Source of the DNA: an uncultured Chloroflexia bacterium | Lineage (GTDB): Bacteria > Chloroflexota > Limnocylindria > Limnocylindrales > CSP1-4 | DNA length: 64,000 nt | NCBI GenBank assembly: GCA_963748625.1 | Contig: CAVVJT010000007.1 | Span: 1,056,001-1,120,000, forward strand | Direction of reading: 5' to 3' | Shown here: positions 9,538-19,303 of the stretch, piece by piece | How the letters are laid out: every line of letters starts with the position of its first letter | Numbering within the stretch: position 1 is the first letter of the stretch | Position numbers and translations under genes: made by a program | Notes under the pieces: generated by a model | The model's database searches: none | What the model saw: the letters and a program-made list of their open reading frames with translations, nothing else | What the model was told of the DNA's origin: nothing

Positions 9538-11714
9538 CGTCCGGCGACGGGCGCTCCACACCTGCCGGCGAGCCCATCACGCCCGATGGCGAGCGATTCG
9601 CCGTCTCCGACGATGCCCTGGATGCGATGCTCGAGGCCCGCGCCGGCCGCATGGCAGCGGGCGCGGCCGACACCGTCCGGTCGCGCGTCCGCGCCGACCT
9701 GCACGAGCGACGGCCGGGCGGGATCCTGGGCTTCCTGCCGATCGGCGACCGTGCCGGATCGATGAGCGGGTGGGCCGGCTGGGGGGTGGCGATCGCGGCG
9801 GCGGTGCTGGTGATCGCGGTGCTGGGCGGGCGCCCGACCGAGGATCCGGCCGCGACCTCGTCGCCTCCGGGTTCCCCTGGCCCGTCGGCATCCCTGGAGG
9901 CTGAGCTCGGGGAGACCGTCGAGCGGCTGGAGGGGGCAGCGTTCGCGCTGGCCGTGGCCGACGGCACCCTGGACGGGCAGATCGTCCTCGTGAATGGCAG
10001 TCTCGAGCCGGGAGCCGTCTGCGCGGTCGACCGGTGTCCACCTCCCTACTCGTTCACCGGCCTCCCGGGGATCCCAGTGGACTGGAACGGGCCGGTCGAG
10101 TCGGCCCTCGTGTCCCCTACGAGCACCCCGGTTCCAGGCGTCTACGACTGGTGGGACGGCCCGTTCCTTGTCCGGCCCGGCGATGGCCGCCTGGAGCTCC
10201 TCGGCTACCTGGCGGGCGTCCTGCACAACCCGGTATCCGTGCAGGAGGCGCTCGTGGACCGGCGCGGCTACCCCAACGCGTCGAGCCCGTTCGACATCCT
10301 GCCCGTGGACGGCTACCTGGTCGATGCCTGCAGTGGAGCCAAGCAGCCCTGCGACGGGCTCGGACCACTCCTGAGCGACACCTTCCCACCGGCGAGTGAC
10401 GGCAGCGGCCAGGGTGCGGTCGCGGTGCTTGAGCCTGCGCCTTCACCGGGCGCCAGCGGCATCGTCGAGGGCCCGTTCCTCGTCCGCTTCGAGCAGAAGG
10501 TCGTCACCGGGGCGTGCAGCCGCATGGACCAGTGCTCCAGCGCCGGCTGGGGCATGAACCCCACCGTCATCGGCCAGTACCGGGCCCAGGACATCGTCCG
10601 GGTCGACCTGCCTGCCGTGGAGAGCCCCTCGTCGCAGCCCTCACCGACGCCGTCGTCGAGCCCCTCGCCAGTAGTGAGCGAGCCATCGCCCCGCGAGACC
10701 TTCGCCGAGGACCAGGTGTCGCCCGCCCTCATGGCCCAGCCCGGCGCGATGACGATCGCGGCCATCGAGGAGGAGGCGGCCGGGGCGTGGATCCTCGTCC
10801 TCACGGTGGCACGCCAGGGCAGACCGGTCGTCAGCGGCAGCTTCGACCTCCCGGTCCCGGCAGGCTGGGAGCCCCAGGACCCCGCGGAGATCCGGATCTC
10901 GGCCGATGGCTGGGTGGCCCTCGGGATCAGCGCCATCGAAGCGCGCGACGACAACGCGATCTTGACCGACAACGCGACCATGACCGTGGACCTGTTCGGG
11001 AACGGCGGCAGGTCGGGCGCGATCCCCGGCTCGGCGCCGTTGTGGCTGCCCGACGGGGCCCTGCTCTTCACGATACAGGCGCGCCTCGACGGCGATTGGC
11101 TTGAGGTCGCGCGCCGGATCCCGGACCATGGGCTGGGCACGCCGGTGGACCTCGTCCTCCCCGACGCGCCGCCCTGGCCGTGGTTCCCCGGGCACTACGT
11201 CGTGGAGGGCGACGGCTCCGGCATCCTCGCCACGAAGGACGAGGACCCGGTCTCGATGACGATCCGCTGGGACGGGACCATGGTGGAGCGCGACGCAGGT
11301 GCGCCGCCGTACCTGGACCTCGGGGCGGAGCGGTGGGCAGGAGCCGACGGCGCGATCGTCGTGCACTGCGGGTTCGACACGTGCCCGGCGGAGTGGCGCC
11401 GGCCCGACGGCTCGCGGCTTCCGTACCCGTTCCTGGAGCAGGCGACCGCCTGGCTCCCCGATGGGTCGGCGTTGCTCGTCCTGGACGATGGCGATCTCAA
11501 GGTGGTCCGGGACGAGGGTGGGGATGCGCTCACGGTGCGCACGATCGGCAGCGCGCCCGCCGACGGGCTGCAGGGCGACAGCTTCGCCATCACCGGTATC
11601 ACCGATTGGGCCGCGGCGATCGAGGGCGACGACAGCATGGTGACCCTGGTGCCGCTCGACGGGTCAGCGCCGGTCGGCCCGTTCGCGGGGACGCTTGCCG
11701 CCGTCTGGCGCTGA
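9534..11714 (+). CDS. membrane-anchored protein, probable anti-sigma factor with large extracytoplasmic region
   Basis: ATGA-coupled to ECF sigma; single TM at ~aa 80-98; Cys pairs; Ser/Pro linker. Confidence 0.7.
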   Translation: MTSGDGRSTPAGEPITPDGERFAVSDDALDAMLEARAGRMAAGAADTVRSRVRADLHERRPGGILGFLPIGDRAGSMSGWAGWGVAIAAAVLVIAVLGGRPTEDPAATSSPPGSPGPSASLEAELGETVERLEGAAFALAVADGTLDGQIVLVNGSLEPGAVCAVDRCPPPYSFTGLPGIPVDWNGPVESALVSPTSTPVPGVYDWWDGPFLVRPGDGRLELLGYLAGVLHNPVSVQEALVDRRGYPNASSPFDILPVDGYLVDACSGAKQPCDGLGPLLSDTFPPASDGSGQGAVAVLEPAPSPGASGIVEGPFLVRFEQKVVTGACSRMDQCSSAGWGMNPTVIGQYRAQDIVRVDLPAVESPSSQPSPTPSSSPSPVVSEPSPRETFAEDQVSPALMAQPGAMTIAAIEEEAAGAWILVLTVARQGRPVVSGSFDLPVPAGWEPQDPAEIRISADGWVALGISAIEARDDNAILTDNATMTVDLFGNGGRSGAIPGSAPLWLPDGALLFTIQARLDGDWLEVARRIPDHGLGTPVDLVLPDAPPWPWFPGHYVVEGDGSGILATKDEDPVSMTIRWDGTMVERDAGAPPYLDLGAERWAGADGAIVVHCGFDTCPAEWRRPDGSRLPYPFLEQATAWLPDGSALLVLDDGDLKVVRDEGGDALTVRTIGSAPADGLQGDSFAITGITDWAAAIEGDDSMVTLVPLDGSAPVGPFAGTLAAVWR

Positions 11715-11742
11715 CCAGTCGCGTTCGCCCCCGGGTGGCCGG

Positions 11743-12402
11743 TCAGCCTTCGAGGGCAGCCTGCCCTTTTGGAGTGAGCCGGTAGACGCCCCGGTCCACT
11801 CGCTCGAACCAGCCGTAGACGTCGTCGCGGAGGATCGGTCCCGCATTGGGAGCCTCGGCGGCGGCCCGGACGTCGCGGACCCGGGCCTCGCCGCCGGCCT
11901 CCGCCAGCGCTCGCGCGATCCGGATCGCCGCCTGGCGGTAGGCGGTCATGATCGGCTGACGCGTCGAGCCGCCGGTGGTGGGGTCGCCAACCCGCCGGCG
12001 GTGCTCGCCCAGCAGCCTGGTCGTCCGCTTCCGGTCCCGCCGCGGCTGGTAGGGCACCGGGTCAACTACCACGTCAGCATGCTGCCCTGTTACCACGATG
12101 AGGCCCAGGCCCAGCCGCCGGCACAGCCGCCGGGCCTCCGCCTCCTGCGCCGGCCAAGCCCCCACCGCCACGTACACGGCATCGGTCATGGCGAACCGGT
12201 CCAGCGCCTGGTAGACGACGCCCAGACCGAACGTCCGCTTGAGCTCCACGATCACCGGTGGCTCGTCGCCGCGGACGGCCACCAGGTCACAGCCCCGGAC
12301 CTCGCCCTTGACCTCGTACCCCTGGGACTCCAGCAGCGCCTTGACCGGCGCGTAGAGCGCGGTCTCCGGCACGGGTGTAGTCCGGGGACTCCGCGCCGGC
12401 AT
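11743..12402 (-). CDS. DUF2161 family putative PD-(D/E)XK nuclease-like protein
   Basis: ETALYAPVK..LE.QGYEVKGEVRGCDLVAVR...VIVELK; MTAYRQ; YGWFERVDRGVYRLT; start 12402 or 12372. Confidence 0.85.
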   Translation of the reverse strand: MPARSPRTTPVPETALYAPVKALLESQGYEVKGEVRGCDLVAVRGDEPPVIVELKRTFGLGVVYQALDRFAMTDAVYVAVGAWPAQEAEARRLCRRLGLGLIVVTGQHADVVVDPVPYQPRRDRKRTTRLLGEHRRRVGDPTTGGSTRQPIMTAYRQAAIRIARALAEAGGEARVRDVRAAAEAPNAGPILRDDVYGWFERVDRGVYRLTPKGQAALEG

Positions 12403-12415
12403 CGGGGTCGGAGCC

Positions 12416-12859
12416 TCAGCCCCCGCCGAAGGGGCGGTCGCGCCTCGCGAACTCGTCGAGCGCCTCCCGGCAGGCCCGGACCTCGCGTTGCGCCTGCTGG
12501 ACGATCCACGGGTCCACGCGCGACGAGTCCTCGAGCGTGACCTCGGGTCCGCGCGCGCCATCGGCAAGCACGATCCCCGACGAGTTTCGGTAGTCCGACA
12601 TCCAGTTCGACTGGAGCGCAACCAGCACGTCCACGACGACCCGCCGCGAGAACAGCCAGTCCACGTAGGCCGCGTTCAGCCGGTCCACGAGGTCGTCTAC
12701 GCGCACGGGGCGGCCGCGCTCCATCCGCGCGACAGCGTCGATCACGCGCGCGGCGGCGAACGGGTCGCCCGATTCGGCGATGACGGGCGGGTTCGGAAGG
12801 TCGGTGGGCATCCCGGCAGGGGCAGGGCGGCGGCCGGGCGCGCCGGGTTCGGTGGTCAT
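12416..12859 (-). CDS. hypothetical protein
   Basis: 147-aa ORF; TAGCAT 6 nt upstream of ATG. Confidence 0.7.
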   Translation of the reverse strand: MTTEPGAPGRRPAPAGMPTDLPNPPVIAESGDPFAAARVIDAVARMERGRPVRVDDLVDRLNAAYVDWLFSRRVVVDVLVALQSNWMSDYRNSSGIVLADGARGPEVTLEDSSRVDPWIVQQAQREVRACREALDEFARRDRPFGGG

Positions 12860-12941
12860 GGCTCGATGCTACCGGCAATCGCGCGGGCTACGATCCGCCC
12901 ATGCGGACGCTCGGACGTCCGGCCCACGACCCGGAGGAGCG

Positions 12942-13619
12942 ATGGCGCGCGCGGCGAAACGGCGGCCCGAGCCTCCCCGCGATCTCGACCTGCCGGAGCT
13001 CACCCCGTTTGCCGGCGACCTCGAGCCCTCCGGTGACTACGACGGCATGTCCTTTGTCGACCGCGACCTCGCGTTCGCGGGGGCGGCCGGTGCGACCTTC
13101 AGCGCCTGCTGCATCGGGCGCTGCCGCCTGGACGACGCGACCTTCGCCGACGGGCACCTGATCGAATGCCTGCTGGTCGAGGTGGGCGCATCGGGCATCG
13201 ACATGGCCGGGACGACCTGGCGGGACGTGATCCTCGACAGCCCGCGGATCGGCGCGCTCACGGCCGTCCGGGCCGAGTGGTCGTCAGTCCGGATCCGCGG
13301 CGGGAAGATCGACTTCCTGGTGCTCGCGGGAGCCAGGCTGGACGATGTCGTGTTCGAGGACTGCGCGATCGGCGAATTGGATCTCGGCGATGCCCGGCTG
13401 CGCAACGTCATGTTCAGCGGGTGCCGGGTGGGCGTGCTCGACGTCGAGGCGGCGCTCCTGGCCGACGTTGACCTGTCCGGTGCCCGGCTGCAGACCATCC
13501 GGGGCGTGGGCTCGCTGCGCGGTGCGACCGTCTCGGCGAGCCAGCTGGTGGAGATGGGCCCGCTGCTGGCGGCCCACCTGGGGATCCGCGTCGAGGACGG
13601 CGGATCGGAGACCGGCTAG
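12942..13619 (+). CDS. pentapeptide repeat protein (MfpA/Qnr-like fold)
   Basis: ATFSA, ATFAD, ARLDD, VVFED, ARLRN, VDLSG, ARLQT repeats; GGAGG RBS. Confidence 0.88.
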   Translation: MARAAKRRPEPPRDLDLPELTPFAGDLEPSGDYDGMSFVDRDLAFAGAAGATFSACCIGRCRLDDATFADGHLIECLLVEVGASGIDMAGTTWRDVILDSPRIGALTAVRAEWSSVRIRGGKIDFLVLAGARLDDVVFEDCAIGELDLGDARLRNVMFSGCRVGVLDVEAALLADVDLSGARLQTIRGVGSLRGATVSASQLVEMGPLLAAHLGIRVEDGGSETG

Positions 13620-13990
13620 CGGTCGGCCGGGTCGGCCCCGGGCCCGGCACGGGCTTCCGCGTCAGCACCGGATTCCGGGTCGGCACGGGCTGCCGCGTCA
13701 GCGTCGGCTGTGGCATCGGCACCGGCATCGGCCATTTCGTCTGGCAATGACACTCCGGGCATCGAGATGTGGATGAGCGACCCGTCCCCGGCGGGCATCG
13801 GGGCGTCCGGCCGGGCATGGTGCACCAGCTCCTGCGACGGCGGCATCGTCCGGAGCACCTGCTGCTCGAACCCGAACAGCACGCCGCCGATGCTCTGCCC
13901 CAGCGACTCCTTGCGACGCTTCTTCAGCGGCTCCGCGGACACGTCCGGCCCCGGCTCAACGCCGTCGTTGAACTCGTCGGCCTCGCTCAT
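13616..13990 (-). CDS. hypothetical protein
   Basis: 124-aa ORF, acidic Ala/Asp-rich tail. Confidence 0.6.
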   Translation of the reverse strand: MSEADEFNDGVEPGPDVSAEPLKKRRKESLGQSIGGVLFGFEQQVLRTMPPSQELVHHARPDAPMPAGDGSLIHISMPGVSLPDEMADAGADATADADAAARADPESGADAEARAGPGADPADR

Positions 13991-14329
13991 GACGACATCA
14001 TGACAGTTGCGACGTTGTCGCCCGCCAGCGGTGGGGTGACGGGCCGGTCAGGTTTGGACATGCGCGGTGGCCTCCCGACCCGGAAAGCGCTCGGTCCTGC
14101 CGGGCAGGGACCGGCAACCAGGACGCCGGGCGCCGGTCCGCATCCCGCCCACCGGGCACTGTGTACTGGATTCCGCGCAGATCGCCCGCTGCGAGGGAGG
14201 ATCGCCCTCGCGTGCGCGGATTCCGGCCCTGTCCGCCCGCTGGACGGGACGCCTGCGCGGAATGATGCGCGCAAGGCCCGCCAGGCGGGAGGCCCGCCCC
14301 CCGGGGCGTTCGATGCCCGCCCGGGGCCT

Positions 14330-14369
14330 CCGCCGGACAACGAGCCTGCCGCCGGACAACGAGCCTGCC
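14330..14369 (+). repeat. 18-bp tandem duplication (CCGCCGGACAACGAGCCTG) next to a terminator
   Basis: Read directly. Confidence 0.85.
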
Positions 14370-14395
14370 CCCCCGGCGGCGAACCACCGGGGGGC
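14367..14395 (-). terminator. GC-rich hairpin with TTCG loop downstream of kamA
   Basis: CCCCCCGGTGG-TTCG-CCGCCGGGGGG on the minus strand. Confidence 0.6.
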
Positions 14396-14424
14396 GCGTG
14401 TGTCAGCAGGAACCAGGAGCGCGC

Positions 14425-15891
14425 CTACGGCTCCTCGACCACCGGCAGCTGCTTGGGCGACTCGACCGCCTGGCCGGCGATCGCCCCCACGCCCAGCGGC
14501 ACCCACTTCGACGGATCCTGGAGCCGGTGTCCATCGGTGGAGCCGCGGGTGTGCGTCTCCGCGAATCCCGCGGGCTCGATCCACATCCGCTTGCCGTCGA
14601 GCAGGCCGGTGATGCCCTCCTGGCCCGGCTCCGGGCGCGGGTTCTGGCAGTACTGGCAGCCGCGAGGGTCGTGCGCCACGTAGTCGGTCGGCTCCTCGTA
14701 CGTGGTGATGTAGCCCTCGTAGTTGCGCAGGATCACCTTGTGGTCGGAGTACGACACGAGGTAGTTGGGCATGACCGGGATCTTCCCACCGCCGCCGGGC
14801 GCATCGACGATGTACTGCGGCACCGCGTACCCGGACGTGTGCCCGCGCAGGCCCTCGATGATCTCGAGCCCCTTGCCCACCGGCGTCCGGAAGTGCCCGG
14901 CGCCTTCGACGAGGTCGCACTGGTAGAGGTAGTACGGGCGGACCCGGTTCTCCACCAGCCGCTGCACCAGCTCGCGCTGGGTGTGCACGCAGTCGTTGAC
15001 CCCGGCCAGGAGCACGGACTGGTTGCCCAGCGGGATGCCCGCGCGCGCGAGCTTGTCGCATGCCCGCGACAGCTCGGGCGTGATCTCGTTGGGATGGTTG
15101 ACGTGGATGTTCAGCCACAGCGGGTGGTACTTCGCGAGCATCTCGCACAACTCGTCGTCGATGCGCTGGGGCATGAACACCGGCACGCGGGACCCGATGC
15201 GCACGATCTCGACGTGCGGGATGTCGCGCAGGCCGCGCAGGGCGGACTCGAGCAGCTTCGGAGCCAGGGTGAGGCCATCGCCGCCGCTGATCAGCACGTC
15301 GCGGATCTGCGGGTTGTTGCGGATGTATTCGAGCTGGGCCTCGTGCTCCTTGCGGTTGAAGTTCTGGGACGGGTCGCCCACGATCCGCGACCGCGTGCAG
15401 TACCGGCAGTAGACCGCGCACTGGGTGGTGATCAGCATGAGGACGCGGTCCGGGTAGCGGTGCACGAGGCCGGGCACCGGCGAGTGGCGGTCCTCGGCGA
15501 GCGAGTCCTCCATCATCCCGGTGAACGCCTGGAGCTCACGGCCCAACGGAATCGTCTGGCGGCGGATCGGGTCGGTGGGATCGTCGGGATCGATGAGCGA
15601 GAGGAAGTACGGCGTGATGTCCACCCGGAACTTGTCCGGGGCGGAGAGGCCCTCACGCTCCTCGTCGGTCAGGTTGAGGACCTTCTCGAAGTCCGCGAGA
15701 TCATTGACGCGGTTCGAGAGCTGCCAGCGCCAGTCGTTCCACTTCTCGTCCGGCACGTCCGCCCAGATCGACGCGCGACGGCTGACCGCCGGCTTGCCAT
15801 CGGGACCCAGGCGCTTGGCGGGGTCGCGCGGGTTCACCCAGACCGGCTCCACCGCCGTCTGCCCGCCGGTTCCTTCAGCCTGCTCTACCAC
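14425..15891 (-). CDS. kamA: lysine 2,3-aminomutase (KamA family radical SAM)
   Basis: WNDWRWQL, PVPGLVHRYPDRVL, CAVYCRYCTR (CxxxCxxC), DAPGGGGKIP PLP-lysine motif. Confidence 0.93.
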   Translation of the reverse strand: MVEQAEGTGGQTAVEPVWVNPRDPAKRLGPDGKPAVSRRASIWADVPDEKWNDWRWQLSNRVNDLADFEKVLNLTDEEREGLSAPDKFRVDITPYFLSLIDPDDPTDPIRRQTIPLGRELQAFTGMMEDSLAEDRHSPVPGLVHRYPDRVLMLITTQCAVYCRYCTRSRIVGDPSQNFNRKEHEAQLEYIRNNPQIRDVLISGGDGLTLAPKLLESALRGLRDIPHVEIVRIGSRVPVFMPQRIDDELCEMLAKYHPLWLNIHVNHPNEITPELSRACDKLARAGIPLGNQSVLLAGVNDCVHTQRELVQRLVENRVRPYYLYQCDLVEGAGHFRTPVGKGLEIIEGLRGHTSGYAVPQYIVDAPGGGGKIPVMPNYLVSYSDHKVILRNYEGYITTYEEPTDYVAHDPRGCQYCQNPRPEPGQEGITGLLDGKRMWIEPAGFAETHTRGSTDGHRLQDPSKWVPLGVGAIAGQAVESPKQLPVVEEP

Positions 15892-16130
15892 CTGCCGAAC
15901 CTCCCGCTTGGCCGCCGTACCGGGTCAAGGCCCGACGAGGGTCAACGCATAAATCCTATGCACTCTGAATGGAGCGCGATCATAGCGGCTGGCGCCCAGT
16001 GCGTCCATGGTGTGCAGCATGGCGCATTTGACCGATGGCGGACAGGACCTTCGACGCCGTAGAGTGCGGTCCTCCGCCGGGGGATCCGCTTCGAGGCGAC
16101 GGCGGCGCACGTACGGAAAGGACACATTCC

Positions 16131-16805
16131 ATGATCGACAACCGACGCCTGCTCGCCGGCGCCCTGGGCCTGACCCTCATCCTCGCCGCCTGTGGCGGAT
16201 CAGGATCGACCGGCTCGAATGGCGGCACGGACGCCACGGAGGCCCCGGCTGCGACCCAGGATGCGGGCGGTGAGGCAACCGAGGCAACCGAGGCTCCCGA
16301 GCCGACCGGGATGCCCGCCGAGGAGACCGAGGAGCCGGGCGAGGAGGTCACCGAGGACCCGTCGGCAGTCACCGGGCTCGCCGCGACCCTGCCCGAGAAG
16401 ATCAAGGGCGTGACCATGCAGCGCATGGGTTTCGACGGCGACCAGTTCGGCATGTTCGGTGCGGCTGCCGGCCTCAGTGACGAGGACCTCGGCAAGATCC
16501 TCAAGGACAACGGCAAGACCCTCAACGACTTCAACCTCGCCATCGCCACCCCGGCCGACAGCAGCGCGTCGCTCAGCGCGATGATCTACGCGATGCAGAT
16601 CGAGGGCGTCCCCGCCGAGACGTGGGCAGCGGATATGGCCTCCGACTTCGACCTGTCGAAGTCGATCACGGTCGGCGGCAAGAAGGTCTTCGGCGACCTG
16701 TCCACTCCGTTCGGGGTGATCGTCTACCCGACTGGCGACACGCTCTACATGCTCCTGCTGGTCGACCAGGCCACCGCGGAGGACGTCCTCTCGCAGCTGC
16801 CCTGA
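16131..16805 (+). CDS. lipoprotein with acidic linker
   Basis: LILAA-C lipobox; AAGGA RBS. Confidence 0.8.
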   Translation: MIDNRRLLAGALGLTLILAACGGSGSTGSNGGTDATEAPAATQDAGGEATEATEAPEPTGMPAEETEEPGEEVTEDPSAVTGLAATLPEKIKGVTMQRMGFDGDQFGMFGAAAGLSDEDLGKILKDNGKTLNDFNLAIATPADSSASLSAMIYAMQIEGVPAETWAADMASDFDLSKSITVGGKKVFGDLSTPFGVIVYPTGDTLYMLLLVDQATAEDVLSQLP

Positions 16806-16832
16806 TCGTCAGCCCTCGACGGCAGACACCGG

Positions 16833-16862
16833 ACGCCGGCGGTCACGCACCGCCGGCGTTTC
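16833..16862 (+). terminator. intrinsic terminator between convergent genes
   Basis: ACGCCGGCGGT-cacgc-ACCGCCGGCGT then TT. Confidence 0.75.
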
Positions 16863-16880
16863 GATTCCCGGTCCGCTCCA

Positions 16881-18530
16881 TCAGCGCAGCAGCGCGAACC
16901 CGTCCACGCCCACGATCGGGCGGCCCGCGGTCCCGCTGACCACGATGCGCACCGTGTGGGCATCCTTCACCGCCCAGTGGCGTCGGAACACGACCCGCGC
17001 GGGCGCATCGGTCGCCGCGTTGAGATCCACGGTCGCCGCCAGGGCGCCGTCAACGTACACCTTCGCCGCTCCGTGCCCCGGCCCGCGCTCGGCAAGCCAG
17101 GCGATGTCGCGGCCGGTGAAGGTGATGACGGCCCTCGACGCCGCCCCGGATGCCTCGTGGATGCTGCCGCCGCGCGCGGTCGTGTCGGCGGTTGCCGCCC
17201 AGTCACCCGAGTAGCCGATCGCGGCCGACCCGTCCTCCACCACCGCGGGCCGGAACGACGGGCCGATATCCCAGTCGCCCCGGTTGCCGTACTTGTCGAT
17301 CGCCCGGACGCGGAACCGGTAGGCGTGCCCGGGCGCCAGGGAGGTGGCGAAGGTCTTCGTCTTGCGGGCGAGCACCCGTTTCCAGGCGCCCCCGTCGGTC
17401 GAGCGCTCGAGCTGGTACTTCGCGATGCCCCAGCCACGATCGCTGCCGTCCCAGGTGAGCGTCACGGGCACGGTGGAACCGCCGACGGCCGCCGGCGAGA
17501 TACGCGCGACGGGCTTGGTCGTCGTCGGCCGATAGGTGTCCCGCCGGCGGACCGGCGGGTCGTACATCGCGTAGAAGAGCTTCTCACCACCGCGCTGCCA
17601 GGAGACGGTCACGTTGCCGGTCTCCCAAGGCCGGATGGTGAAGCTCGCCCCGCCGTCCTGCGTCCAGTGGTTGAGATCGGGGTCCCTGCCCTGCCAGGCG
17701 TTCCAGGTGCTGGACGAGCCCGCGGACGCGCCGCCGATGAGATGCCGCGTATACGTGATCGCCTCCCCGACGATCGGGGTGTACGTGGACGGGAGCACCT
17801 GCACGATGGGCAGGTTCGACTCCTTGATCAGACGCCCGGTACCGTCCTCGGCCGCGTGGAACCTGACGTAGGCGTCGTACTGGCCGTCGGAGGCGTCCGC
17901 GCCTAGGAAGAGCTCGTACTGGCGGTAGGGCACCCACGGCAGGGTGAACGACCAGATGGGGCAGCTCCCGTTCCGGGCGTTGGCGTCGAAGCCGAGCGCG
18001 CCGAAGGTCTCGTCGTAGTCGTTCGTGTCGAGGGAGAAGTCATTGCCCCAGCGGAACTCGTAGCGGCACACGCTGCCGGCGGGCAGCTGGTAGTCCGCGG
18101 GGAACGTCGGCACGAACGTGAACCGATGGCCCGTGATCGCCGGCTCCGGCGTTCCGAGCGTGAGCTCGGGGCTGATGGCGGCGTGGATGTAGCCCAGGAA
18201 GATGTCGACGTCATCCGCGAGCACCCGCACCGCGACAAGCTTGCGGCCGTACCCCTCACAACCGGGCAGGTCCAGGCTCACGTCGACTCGCGACGCGAAG
18301 GCGTACGGATCGCTCGACGTCGTCCCGTTGTCGCACGAGATCACCACGGTCCGGGTGCCGCCCGGATTGGGGATCGCGTAGAAGATCAGGGTCATCGACC
18401 GGGCGGTGGCGTCCTTGTCGTGGTCCACGGTCGGCGTGGTCGGCAGAGCCGCTCGGGCCGGAGGCGGCGCCGCCCCCAGGAACAGCGCGATGGCCATGGC
18501 CGTGGCCAAGACGAGACGGAGCTGGTGCAC
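16881..18530 (-). CDS. secreted protein with C-terminal fibronectin-III-like and beta-sandwich domains
   Basis: Signal peptide ending ARA-A; VTLTW...YQLERSTDGG...YRFRVRAID..GN; GGAGG RBS before GTG. Confidence 0.8.
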   Translation of the reverse strand: MHQLRLVLATAMAIALFLGAAPPPARAALPTTPTVDHDKDATARSMTLIFYAIPNPGGTRTVVISCDNGTTSSDPYAFASRVDVSLDLPGCEGYGRKLVAVRVLADDVDIFLGYIHAAISPELTLGTPEPAITGHRFTFVPTFPADYQLPAGSVCRYEFRWGNDFSLDTNDYDETFGALGFDANARNGSCPIWSFTLPWVPYRQYELFLGADASDGQYDAYVRFHAAEDGTGRLIKESNLPIVQVLPSTYTPIVGEAITYTRHLIGGASAGSSSTWNAWQGRDPDLNHWTQDGGASFTIRPWETGNVTVSWQRGGEKLFYAMYDPPVRRRDTYRPTTTKPVARISPAAVGGSTVPVTLTWDGSDRGWGIAKYQLERSTDGGAWKRVLARKTKTFATSLAPGHAYRFRVRAIDKYGNRGDWDIGPSFRPAVVEDGSAAIGYSGDWAATADTTARGGSIHEASGAASRAVITFTGRDIAWLAERGPGHGAAKVYVDGALAATVDLNAATDAPARVVFRRHWAVKDAHTVRIVVSGTAGRPIVGVDGFALLR

Positions 18531-18675
18531 GGGTTCCTCCCCCACGTGGCGGGCAGCGCCCGCAGGCTGTCGAGTCTGGACGCCACGGGCCCGGTGCGCC
18601 ACGAGCCGTTGGGCCTGCCGTATCCGGTGCCACCCTCCCGAAGCCGCGCGGGCCCGGGCCCGGCGGGGGCCGGGG

Positions 18676-18728
18676 GGAATCAGGAAGCCCGGCGCAGGAA
18701 TCAGGAAGCCCGGCGCAGGCCGGGCTTC
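18676..18728. repeat. 21-bp tandem duplication GGAATCAGGAAGCCCGGCGCA overlapping hairpin GAAGCCCGGC-gcag-GCCGGGCTTC (likely terminator)
   Basis: Read directly. Confidence 0.8.
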
Positions 18729-18748
18729 GGGTTGGGCGGGACCCGGGG

Positions 18749-19084
18749 CTACTCCCCGACCACGCTCCAGATCAGGCCCATCATCACGAAGAAGCCGCTG
18801 AACATGGCGATCAGGCCGATGCCGCCGTAGGGGGAGTTCGCCCCCTCGTGCGGGACCATCTGCAGCACGGTGCCGAAGAAGATCGCCCAGGCGATGAACA
18901 GGATCGTGAACAGCATCTTGCTGCTGGGGCCGGTCATCCGGCGCGTCCAGCCGTGCCGGCCGCCCTCGGCGACCATCGCGGACCGCAGGAAGGTGTACAC
19001 GAACACTCCAGCCACGAACGCCGCCGCGAGCAGGATGAAGAGGTTGTTCGGGAAGTCCTGGAACCAGACGGTGAAGATCGGCAC
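18749..19084 (-). CDS. small membrane protein (3 TM)
   Basis: Three hydrophobic helices; GAGGGA RBS before GTG19084. Confidence 0.7.
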   Translation of the reverse strand: MPIFTVWFQDFPNNLFILLAAAFVAGVFVYTFLRSAMVAEGGRHGWTRRMTGPSSKMLFTILFIAWAIFFGTVLQMVPHEGANSPYGGIGLIAMFSGFFVMMGLIWSVVGE

Positions 19085-19303
19085 GGGAGTCCCTCGGGGC
19101 CGGGATGGCGAACGCAAGACACCCGGAAACGCCGGGGCCACAGGATGCTAGCAGACCGTGCAGGGCGCGGAAACCCACAATCCGCCGAACGGTTCTAACA
19201 TGCTACTCAGCAAGCGCACGTTAGCCTGAGGGAACGCGCGCCGCCCCCGGGCAGGAACCCGCCCGAACCATCCGCCGCAGCCCGAGGTCCGAACCCTCCA
19301 CGC

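Noticed and set aside
11743-12859. DUF2161 plus hypothetical gene as an anti-phage or toxin-antitoxin system
   Set aside because: No defence-island context or recognisable partner; nothing beyond adjacency
12942-13619. Acquired qnr resistance gene
   Set aside because: Generic chromosomal pentapeptide protein with host-like GC and no mobile context
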